Shown piece after piece: positions 52,877 through 64,000 of a stretch of DNA of 64,000 nucleotides. The stretch is from NCBI RefSeq assembly GCF_006345805.1, contig NC_043006.1, positions 43,772,001 to 43,836,000 of the forward strand, written 5' to 3'. This DNA comes from Octopus sinensis. Lineage: Eukaryota. Made by a program: the position numbers and the translations under genes. Position 1 is the first letter of the stretch. Each line of letters starts with the position of its first letter. The notes under the pieces are model-generated. The model did not search any database and was not told where the DNA came from. It was given only the letters and a program-made list of their open reading frames with translations.

Positions 52877-55800
52877 AGGATGTGTAACCACATGTGAATA
52901 TTGCATTTACTGGAAGAACAAACAGGCAGACAGAAATAATGCAAAAATGAGTTGATGACTTAAAAACCAAACTAAATCAGCTTGGAACTATAAACTAACA
53001 CAGAGAAAGAGAGAAGTTATCAAGTTTTTCTTTTTTTTTTCTTTTTTCTGTCTCTTGCTTTCATTCACAAATTACAACTAGATGTCTTAAGCACTTACTT
53101 TTGTATCAAAGATGCATTCGTGTATGTAGTTATGTGTAAATACTTATGTACATTGTTGCTTGAGAAGTTAGCAAGACATAACACAATCAACAGCTAGAAA
53201 TTTTTCATTTATGTAACCCTTGGGTAATGACTGAATATCACCCATCCTCACTCCTTACACCCACTTCATTCCCATGTAATAAATATTTTTCCTCCTCTCT
53301 GTCAGTCTTCACACAGACACACACACATACACACACGTATATGATGATGAAAGAGAGAGAAAGATGCAGACAGATTTATTATTATAGTTATAACAATATG
53401 ACATATGACAGCAAGTCATAGAAAACACCAATACCAATTTGGTGTATTTATTAAATGAAATAAAAAGACAATGATATTGGTCCAGTGGCTATGTACTACT
53501 CTACTAACAAATCAATTCAGAAATACAGAAATCTAATGCAGAATTGTAAGGATCGTTGTTGTTGTTGTTGTTGTTGTTGTTGTTGCCACTATGATCGTTA
53601 ACATCATTATTTTATAATGATATGTCAAGTAGTGGGGATGGGGTGTAATTAATCAGCAGTGTACTGGGATTGCAGGAGAAGCTACAAGAAGTTCCGGTGT
53701 AATGTTAGTGTTAAGTTCTGAGTATAGTTTATTTAATCAGTTGTGAACAATTAGGTGAGAAATAGTGAAAGAACCATATAGAAACATACAATGATGGCTT
53801 CTTCCTGCAACGAAGATCAAATTCATATCACCTGAATTACTAAAGGCATCAAACTATGAGGAGCCACATAAAGAGAATGTATCGAAAATATTCTTAATGT
53901 CTATAATGGCTTGTTGGGTCGCCACCACTAAGACTGCAGTTTTCGAGTCACTGATGTTAGGCGGAAGTCTCAGGTGTAAATGGTAAGTGAAGTAAATTGA
54001 AAGGCTCAATTGGGAACTGATCTCGTATCACAGATTAGTGCACCAACATTCTTCCACGGCATGCCTCTTTTAGAGAGTTTAAATTCATAAGAATAAATGA
54101 CAAAAATTAAGTCACATCAGTTCAGTTATGAGATATTGATTGTGACTGACAGAAGAAACAAACATATGAAATTATGACAATGAGGTGATTGAAAGGTGGG
54201 CAGTTAATAAGGAGGTGACACGAGTCAGGTCAAAGGGTCAATATATAGGTCTAGAAAACATATGCCAGCTCAGAGAAACATGTGAATGATCTTGTAATAA
54301 TACATGAATAATGCAAGGAGATTTAGAGCTGATTTTCTTAATAAATATCAAAAACCAATTATGTTATTTTTTTAATGAATTCCATTCATGAGAGAGGAAT
54401 AGTGTCTAACCTCTGTGATCTATTGATTTAATAATTAAGAACACAATGAAAAATCAGACAGTAACAACTAAAATAAAATAGCATCCTTAAATAATATTAG
54501 CTTGCTATAGTGATGTAATTTCTATGTAATTTCTACAATTTTAGCAACTTATCTACCAACAATTTCATTTACTAAAATGTCACAAATTGATCACTTCTGA
54601 TATGAGCTACCAGAATAATATTTTGGTAAACGCTGGACTAAAAAAGAAATTAAAAGCTATAATGAGCATTCTCCTCCATAGATACTCCAAATTTTCTGTT
54701 CTATAGATAGTTGTGTAGATGATGGATAAGAATGTCTGTCAAGAGAAAATAAATCTTGAGCATAGTACTGTTAGGAAATATATCTTAAAATGGATAGTTT
54801 TGCTAGAAGAGGAATTCTTTAAACATTTTCCATAAGTACACCTGACATAGGGATCAAAACTTGAATCATGGGCAACATTGAAACAAGTGGTCTTTTAATG
54901 AATCTCTTAATGAGACAAGTTTTAATGAAGATAATTCAGTTTATAATCAGATAATTACCTCCAATACAATATCCTTTTAAGACTTATTTCCTGTCCCAAT
55001 GTTGCAGAACATAAGGGAAAGCCAAGTTACTGATCCAAAAGGTTTCAGGGGTGAAATGATAAAATCAAGGTTGAGTTTAATTGATCAACTTTAACGAGGA
55101 AAGGTCATCAGCTGACAGCAGCAGCATGACAGAATCATCTAGTAAAGTATAATATACAGCAAGGAATGAAATGTGGAATAATAACGTTCTTAAACAGGCA
55201 AGCATTGGTATGAATAAATTGAAAGAACTGGAAACTAACAGAATGGATGACTGTGAGAAACAGACTTATTCTAATGATAGATTTGTTATTTGAGGGCTTC
55301 TTCTATCAGTTGTTCCGATATTAAAAGACTAAACCTTGAACCACCCATTTGTGATTTGCAGAGTATGTGTATTTATAGGAATTTACAATATTGTCTTACT
55401 TTGGCATAATAAATGCCCATACAATCATTCGATGTACACCGCCAACACTATATATTCAGTTACTGCAGTGGAGGAATAATAAATATTAATATTTCTAATC
55501 CACATGGGCTTTTCCAGATTTACAATGATTACCAATTCTTTCGTATTACATTAAATACAGAATCTTACAATACACACTCAACTGTAAATGTAGTTGAACA
55601 GCAATTATACTTAAGTATTTGCAATGTGTACATGCACTAAATTCCATTGTTCCAAATATTAAGGATTGATGCTTCCTTTTTCATGACAACGATGACAATG
55701 ATGATGATGATGATGGCACATTCTTAGATGCTTCCACTCTACAATAAAATCCCACTGTCTTTCTAAATTACCATTGCATTATTTCCAACTTTATGTATAA

Positions 55801-56089
55801 AATATTACGTTATCAGGAAGCATTTTGCATTCTTGACTTAGAAAACCCAACTTCATGACTAAAATACTTTTCCTTCCTTATTTGTTTTTTTTTTATGTTT
55901 GTTTTTTCTTTTGCGATTATTATTACATTCTCTAGAAAGTGTAACAATTAACGATGCCATGTAACAGTGCATTGATAATCTTATTTAAGTGAATAATTAA
56001 TTTTCTTTCCAATTTTTCTTTAAATTCAGGGACACATTACACATTAGATTATCCACATGCATGCAACACCTGAAATGTCATTCTAATGC

Positions 56090-56131
<42 letters not shown>

Positions 56132-56475
56132 CAACAATACAGCTGATTAGTTTCAGTTCCCGACCAACCATGCTTGGTTTTTTCTAGCCTTGCAGCAAGT
56201 TTAAAGTATTTAAGCTAATTAAAATTTCCTTAATGAACCCCCTTTCTCGTGAATGGTGAGGCTGCAGTTTAATGAACAACTAGATCTGCCCTAAATTGTA
56301 AAAGGCACCAACAATACTTTCCATTCACATAGAAACAGTTATATTCAACAGACACTAATTCCCCCCTTGTTTCCTTGCTTTCTCACTTCCTCTCCATCCT
56401 CCCTCCAATTCACAACCCTCCCACACCCCTACAGACACACACATCACTACCATCACTATAACATTATCTCAATTT

Positions 56476-57101
56476 AAAAAAAAATTTTTTTTTCTTTTTT
56501 TTCTGTTTCTTTCTTCACATATTCCTGACATCCACTTCAGCATGTTATTCTCCCTAAACAATCCACAGAATCACTGTTTCCTCAGTAGCCCCTATTTCTT
56601 TTCCCCCATCCCCTTTCACTCAACCCCTACATCATATCTCCCACCACAACCACTCACTCACTCACTCATTCTCCCATGTTTAATTCTTTTCACCTGAAAA
56701 TTATCTGCGCTTCACCACCCCATCTACACACCCAAACAACCACTTCAGTTATCAAAATTTCAGTTTAATTTCTAAAAAAAAAAAAAATTTTTTTTTCTTT
56801 TTTTTCTGTTTCTTTCTTCACATATTCCTGACATCCACTTCAGCATGTTATTCTCCCTAAACAATCCACAGAATCACTGTTTCCTCAGTAGCCCCTATTT
56901 CTTTTCCCCCATCCCCTTTCACTCAACCCCTACATCATATCTCCCACCACAACCACTCACTCACTCACTCATTCTCCCATGTTTAATTCTTTTCACCTGA
57001 AAATTATCTGCGCTTCACCACCCCATCTACACACCCAAACAACCACTTCAGTTATCAAAATTTCAGTTTAATTTCTAAAAAAAAAAAAATTTTTTTTTTT
57101 T
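56476..57101 (+). repeat. Near-perfect 303-bp tandem duplication
   Basis: Anchors recur exactly 303 nt apart (56511/56814, 56746/57049, 56774/57077). The junctions are AnTn tracts. Confidence 0.95.
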
Positions 57102-58899
57102 CAATTTGATTGAGACTGTCATTTGAATTATTGTAATTCTTGGTCTTTCTGTAGAGTCATTTTGATTCGGCTGTGTGCCAAACAGACAAGATAATCATGA
57201 TGAAGCTCAATCTTGAGAGTTAATGCTATCTGTGCTAGACATGAATTCCTTAACAGTTTACAGTCTAGAGATTCCCACCTCAATGATGCCTAATCTTTCG
57301 TACATATCTTCGATCGACTAACTAAATTACAGGAATTATGTTCCCCTAAAATTTCTACAAGATGCATCTAACAACAATAGCTTTATATTCTATATGCATG
57401 TATGTACAATAGCTTTCATTCACTGGGTGTACACACATACAGATACACAGATATGGACATAAATACACACACATTGCATTTGTCAAGAAATGCATAATCT
57501 GTACATAAACATCTTTTTATCTGCGTGAGAATGTGTGTGTGTGTGTGTGTGTGTAGGTGTGCATATGTATACAGTGATACATATGTAACTATCCCTTTCT
57601 TATACATAATAAATAAGATTGTGCATATATCTAAACACACACACACACACACACACAGATATAGGCACATTTACATTTGTATGAAATCACACACACACAA
57701 AGTATATATATATATATATGTGTATGTGTCTGTGTATACATATATTCAAAGATGGTATATCCCTGTGTGTGGATATTTACTTAAGCTAACACCTCACATC
57801 TTATAACTTACAATTTCCTGTCACAAATCAATCAGGTACTCATTTTCATTTGTGGCTACTGTATGTTATGTGTATGGTTATTTTAACATTACGCTGTATT
57901 ATAAGTACTGTCTCTCATTAATCATCTATTTTTTAAGAGAATTCTACACAGAATATATATGACACCTTGCAGTGCTTTCCTATATAGTTTCATTTTGTTC
58001 TTTTTTGTTTTCTTTTGCCTTCATTTTTTTTTTGTAATGTCATGTAGTGCATTACAGTTGCTTCCTGTCATAAATGCATGGTGAGCTGCTGACAGAGCCA
58101 TGCTTCTATAGCCAATATAACAGTTGGAGTCTTGAAGTTCACAACTTTTATGTATGCAATCAAATTTACTAAATCCCATTTGTTGTCTTTAGTTGCTTGT
58201 TCCTGGGTTTAGTAACTTGTTCCTGGTAATGGTATGTTATTGATATGATTTTTGTTTTTTGTTTTAATTTTAATGTGTTCCACAATATATCATTAGTGTT
58301 GGTTTATTGTCTTGTGGTAAGGCAGTTTATGTTCTGTTCTTTGAAGCCTTTGATAATGTATTCTATTAGCATGCATTTGATTCATATAATACACATTATG
58401 AGTGTGTCATGTATTCTAAATAGTGTCATGTCTGATGTATTTGTGTTTGTATTGTTCTATGCCTTGGTCTATTTAGTTTGTTGAAATACCTGTTGCTGAT
58501 TAGTATTTGCTTTATTCTGTGGATTTCCTTTTCTTTTAATCTCTAATGCTTTGTTTGTTGGGGAGGGGAATCTAAATGCTCTTCCCAGTAGAGATATTAC
58601 TACTAATATTTATATATGTATGGACATTTGCTGTCTCCATTTATGTTCTTTTTTGTGAAAATAAATATGATGTGTCTGGTATTTTCTCTTTGAATGTTCC
58701 ATGCTTAGAAATAAACCCATTGCATTGCATTGCTTAACCTGTTGTACTGTTATGGCTGTTCTGTTTTAAGTAAAGAGTTATTTCCGATGCCTTACTTTTA
58801 TTTCTCAATATTTTCTGATACGTCTACTATAACAAGTATATGGTCTGCATCTCTGGTGTAATTTAAGAATATATTTTTTCATCTTTTACATATATCTTT

Positions 58900-59508
58900 T
58901 GCTTGTTTCAGTCATTGCACTGTGGCTATGAGATTTAGTAAAACAAATTAACCCCAGTACTTATTTAAAACTGGTACTTATTCTATCAGTCTCTTCTGTC
59001 AAACCACTAAGTTACAGGGAACATAAACAAACTGACACTAGCTGTCAAGCAGCGAGGAGGGAAATGAACATAAATGCATGCACACACATTTGAAAGGCTT
59101 CCATACAGTTTCTATCTACAAAATTCATTCATAAGGCCTTGGTCAGCCAAAGGCTATATAGTAGCCATTGGCGGCAAGCTGGCAAAAATGTTAGCACGCC
59201 AGGCTAAATGCTTAGCAGTATTTTATCAGTCGCTACATCCTGAGTTCAAATTCCATTGAGGCTGACTTTGCCTTTCATCCTTTTTGGAGTCGATTAAATA
59301 AGTACCAGCTACGTACTGGGGTTGATGTAATCGACATAATCCGTTTGTCTGTCCTTGTTTGTCCCTTCTATGTTTAGCCCCCTGTGGGCAATAAAGAAAT
59401 AAAAAAGGCCATATAGTACAAGACACTTGACCAAGGTTCTGCACAGTGAAGCTGAACCCAAAACCACATGGTTGCAAACCAAGCTTCTTAACCACACAGC
59501 CATATCTA
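58900..59508 (-). mobile_element. Family A SINE interrupted by the family B SINE
   Basis: 3' part at 58900-59163 and head at 59405-59508; the two parts join at tatagta|aagacacttg. Confidence 0.75.
59164..59404 (+). mobile_element. Family B SINE inserted into a family A SINE, with a 14-bp TSD
   Basis: Flanked by aaggctatatagta (59150-59163) and aaggccatatagta (59405-59418). It has the family B head and core. Confidence 0.8.
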
Positions 59509-59559
59509 CACCTTTAATCAACAACAAATAATAATATGTTAACCTATGAACAAGTGTCT

Positions 59560-59990
59560 AATGACCAAGGTGGTTTATGAATTTCATTGCAAATGACTTC
59601 AAACTATTACATGCATGACACACCTGTACTGAGGTCATACATGAATTTACAAGGAGCAATGGCAATGCACAGGATTACACAAAACAAAATCAGACTAGAA
59701 AACATAGGTGGACAACACATACACATTCTACAAAATTCTTCCAAAAAAAGCTTAATGGTCAAAACGATACTCTTAACAAAGCATAATGCTTAAAATAAAC
59801 ACACAGAAACTAACACTAACCATCTCACTGACGATGTAAAAACATCTAATAGTTAAACTTTATTCTTCTGAGGTACCACCTACACCAATTGTATTGGATT
59901 GTGTATTATAAAGAAAGCAGCAACACATGCCAACGACACTCCATTCGGAAGATGTGGCTGTGAATGTCATGAAACAGTGATGATGGATTT
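59560..59990 (+). mobile_element. Decayed Penelope-like element 3' end (second family)
   Basis: QGAMAMH...RLEN...IHILQNSSKKSLMVKTILLTKHNA*NKHTE resembles the PLE GIY-YIG C-terminus (QGAIxxH...ILxxxxxxxLxIxExLLIxxxxPxLN). A hammerhead-like motif follows. Confidence 0.5.
59941..59986 (+). ncRNA. Degenerate hammerhead-ribozyme motif
   Basis: CCAUU-CGGAAGA-U-GUGGC-ugugaau-GUCAU-GAAAC-aguGAU-GAUGG. Stems I and II pair, but there are two core substitutions. Confidence 0.4.
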
Positions 59991-60086
59991 GGGCAGTCTA
60001 CTGTTCTACACAAACTACAAAGAACTTATAGAAAAATATGAAAAAGCCCTGATATAATGAAGAAACTAAACCACAGTAGTATATCT

Positions 60087-60087
<1 letters not shown>

Positions 60088-60141
<54 letters not shown>

Positions 60142-60221
60142 TATACGTATATATATACGTATGTGTATGTGTGTGTGTATATATATACGTATGTGTATGT
60201 GTGTGTGTATATATATATTGG

Positions 60222-60252
<31 letters not shown>

Positions 60253-60311
60253 CGATATATATATATATATATACGTATGTGTATGTGTGTATATATATAT
60301 ATATATATTGG

Positions 60312-60367
<56 letters not shown>

Positions 60368-60385
60368 GTGTGTGTGTGTGTCTGT
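60088..60385. repeat. (TA)n array with higher-order repeated inserts
   Basis: tacgtatgtgtatgtgtgt occurs three times and ttggatatatata twice inside the TA run. Confidence 0.9.
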
Positions 60386-61109
60386 GTGTGCACATAAATA
60401 TCAACCCACTCACAAACATCTACAAGTATTAACATGCGTGTGCACATACACACACACACACATCATTAACTATGCACACTTGCATATCAGCCCAACTTAT
60501 GCACATGTATACGCACACTGCTAATGCGCTTTTGTTACTGTGACATCGGTGTTCCACCTAAAGGTTTATTCTTATCAGAGAACGAGACAACAAGATCTAT
60601 GTAAGATGTTACTTGCTAAGTTTACTGACACAAGACGAAAAAAAAAATGCGGTAAGGAGTAGAAGCTAAAAGTAAAAAGAAGAAATGATTGGAAGAAGTG
60701 AGAAGAAAAGGAGGAGAAGAAGGAAAGAGCCGGATGAAGAGTGGATGGGAAGGAGAAGTGGTAAGAAGAGACTGAAACAAGAAGTGGAACAAAAAGGATG
60801 GGGACGAGCAGGAAGAAAATGACAAAGGAACCAGAAGTCGACACAGAAAGAAGCAGGAAAGAAAAACGAAGAGGAGAAGGAGGATGAAGAGAGAGGAAGA
60901 GAAAGGAGATGTTGACTGTGTTTAGCCCTAAGTCAGTCCTGATTGAATAGAGCTATGATCAAAGGCATTCCATCCATGACAATGTATCTTTAAAGTAATC
61001 CTTAAGTAAAACCAGCGTGACACAGTGTGTGGCAAGGCTGGTACCTGTGCTCCCCAACCCCAAGACATCTAGAACTACATTAACCAATATTTCTTTGTGT
61101 GTGTGTGTG

Positions 61110-61148
<39 letters not shown>

Positions 61149-61575
61149 GTGTGTGTGGGAGAGAGAGAGAGAGAAAGAGAGAGTGAATTTGGGGATGGGG
61201 AGAGAATATGTAAAATGAAGAGGGTGTAATTTGAAGTATTTGGTTGCTAATTCTAGCAGGTCGAGTAACCAAAGTAAAGGACACACACACACACACACAC
61301 AAACCCACACCACCACACTTCATTGGTTTCAAGAAAAGAGGACGAAGAAAAGAAAGAGACAGTGAAAGAAAGAGGATAAAAAAAAAGGGGAAAGAGATAA
61401 AAATGAAAGAGGAAAAAGAAAAAAATGAAGTAAAACTTTAAAAAATGTGGCAGTGGTGGTGGTAGCAGCAGTGGCAGCAGCAGCAGCAGCATAAAAAAAT
61501 TAGAAAGCAACATATATATATATATATAATATATATATATATATATTTGTGTGTATATATATATATATATATATT

Positions 61576-61664
<89 letters not shown>

Positions 61665-61929
61665 CAAGTAACATTAAAGAAGCTGAAGCAACATGATTTT
61701 TTTTGTTTGTTGTTTTTTATTCTTTTCGTATGAAGGAAAAAAAAAAAGATGTTGGAATTAGAGGGGATGATGGAAGGCTTTACTACAATAACTATAACAA
61801 CATCAAAGAACAACTGGAAAGCATGTGCTGGAAACAGTCTTTCCAAATCCCTTTTAAAACTGCAAACTTCCATCGAAATCCTTGGTAAGAATGTTGGAAA
61901 TATTTTGTACACGAATTTTTGTGAATTTA

Positions 61930-62489
61930 CTATCATTATTATTATTATCATTATCAATATTATTAATATTATTATTATTATTATTATTATTATCATTATT
62001 ATTAATATTTATTATCATCATCATCATTATAATTATTATTATTATTATTATTATTATTATCATTATTGTGTATTGCTTATGGTGAGGAGAACTACAGAAG
62101 AACTTAGCTCATTATTTCTGGACAACTACAAAGTTGGGTTGGTATAGGGGCCTTTCTAGTCTTGCCTAATTCACACCTTCAATTGATTATGAATATACAT
62201 AAATGCATGCCTCTGTGTGTGCGTGTATATGTGCGCATATACACACACGCACATGCGTGCGTGCACACGTGTGCCTGCATGTGTACATACATATAGAAAA
62301 GTACACAGAAGCACATGTACAGACACACATGCACACTTACATACTACGCATCCATATTTTAAGGGAGCAAATTGCATGAATGTGAATTGTTAAATTGAAG
62401 AAAAATGGCTTTTCTCCTTGTGCCATTATCATCATCATCATTATTATTATTATTTATTTCGTTGTTGTTGCTACTGTTCTTGGTATTGT

Positions 62490-62527
<38 letters not shown>

Positions 62528-62720
62528 TCCACATCATCAGATGATTGAAATAAAGAGGTTGCTGTTGTTGTTGTTATTATTATTATTATTATTATTGCTG
62601 TTGTTGTTGCTTACTCCTACTACTACTGTCAAACACCTTCAACATTATGATAATGGTAAAAATAATGATGAGATGATGATGATGATGAAGATGATGTTAG
62701 TGGTGGTGGTGGTGGTGAAG
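61930..62720. repeat. Mixed trinucleotide repeat cluster (ATT, ATC, TAC, TTG, ATG, GTG)
   Basis: Seen directly; it produces the poly-I/Y/L/M/V pseudo-ORFs. Confidence 0.9.
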
Positions 62721-62921
62721 CCGATAACTGAAAAATAACTCCTAGAAATCTCAAATTTCCATATGTTTCTTTCAAAAGCTATCTTAATTATATTTCAGAC
62801 ATACATGAACATTTCCAGCAATCAAATGTGAAATAGGTTTTCTAAAACAATGCAGGAATTATCTTTCCAGTAAAAGTGAAAACAATGCTCTATGCTTAAT
62901 AGTTTAACAAACCTAAAAAGG

Positions 62922-62957
<36 letters not shown>

Positions 62958-63149
62958 GCTATATCAGTTCAATTTATGCCTATCATAATATACATGATAA
63001 GTAAAAGCAAGTGAACCTTCATTGGTTTTGACAATTACTTTTCTACTTCTTTGATTAACTGAAAAGCTTATGCATTAAATAATTGTGTATGTGGTTGAAT
63101 ATTCCATAGACATTTGTACTCTTAATGTAGTAGTTCTTAAGTGTAGGTT

Positions 63150-63325
63150 AAAGAATGGCAGCTTCGTTAAAAAGCTTGCTTTCTTAAGTATGCAGTTGGT
63201 TGCAGGTTCAGTTTTATCGTGTGCCACTTTGGCCAAGTGTCTGGTAATGGGGCCCTGAGCTAACCCTTCCAAGCTTTGTAAGTAGATGCGGTAGACAAAC
63301 TGGAAGAAACCCCCATCAAATGTGT
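63150..63325 (+). mobile_element. Highly decayed family A SINE 5' half
   Basis: aagcttgctttc...ggttgcaggttcagt...gccactttggccaagtgtct...gtagacaaactggaagaaacc. Confidence 0.5.
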
Positions 63326-63463
63326 GTGTGTGTGTGTGTGCATGCGCACGTGTTTGGAAGTACCAAATAGGATAAACAGAATAAATAAAACTTAAAACGT
63401 GTGTGTTTTTAATCAGCAGAAGTTACCGAATGACTCAAAAGGCCAAGGTGTGTGTGTGTGTGT

Positions 63464-63507
<44 letters not shown>

Positions 63508-64000
63508 ATTTCTGTATGTATTCATCACTAAATAATAAAGGCCAGAATTGTTACCAGCTTCTGTTGTTATATGCATTATTTAAACAATGAAAATGGAGAA
63601 TAGATGGTGACACTTGTTTTATCTTTTATCAAAAAGAATAGTCCTCAGAAGAGAAACTAACTTCAATTTCCTATTCTGTCTTTTCCTTCCAGTCTAGGTT
63701 TATTTATTAACAGCCTCTCTCTCTCTCACACACACACACTATACAATATCATTTATCCTGCATTCTACATAAGGATGAGGTGTGGTATGCCACACTGTTT
63801 AACCTTACTGGTGACAGACGGAAGGTGGGTGAAAGCTAGGTGAATTCAAATTTGTGAGCATGATGGATAAATGCAATGATGGCTTTCTGAGTTGCATGAT
63901 CACCTGGCAAAATGAATCGCTGAGTATTTGTTGCTACTTCTTTCAGAACTACATTAATTTCAGATAGATTTTCTTTTTTTTTCTTTTTATATTTAATCAA

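Noticed and set aside
59820-59860. Additional CUGACGA hammerhead-like core
   Set aside because: There is no GAAA and no convincing stem II.
1725-63590. Most ORFs in the supplied track (IYIY, CVCV, HTHT, poly-I/N/L)
   Set aside because: They are translations of di-, tri- and tetranucleotide repeats, which lack stop codons in some frames.
1-64000. CRISPR arrays, rRNA, prokaryotic operons or defence systems
   Set aside because: There are no repeat-spacer arrays, no rRNA motifs and no gene-dense segment; the DNA is metazoan throughout.

Overview
This is AT-rich, repeat-saturated eukaryotic genomic DNA. It is almost certainly from an octopus (coleoid cephalopod), judged from its SINE families and very high microsatellite density. 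The window reads as intronic or intergenic. No recognisable protein-coding gene is present, and nearly all ORFs in the supplied track are translations of (TA)n/(CA)n/(GA)n or trinucleotide repeats. Supportable content: more than 30 SINE copies from at least four families; TTAA-flanked piggyBac-type MITEs; a pogo/Tigger-like MITE; a probable Helentron-type non-autonomous element; three decayed RTE-like LINE fragments; and two Penelope-like element (PLE) 3' ends, each with a degenerate hammerhead-ribozyme motif. There are also three fold-back inverted repeats, a 1.35-kb mirror-symmetric SINE cluster, a 303-bp tandem duplication and several weak, unvalidated exon candidates. I found no convincing novel multi-gene system. 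The most interesting signals are RNA-structural (PLE hammerheads, long dsRNA-forming hairpins). Repeat boundaries are approximate (about 10-20 nt) and family names come from recalled consensus motifs, not database searches.
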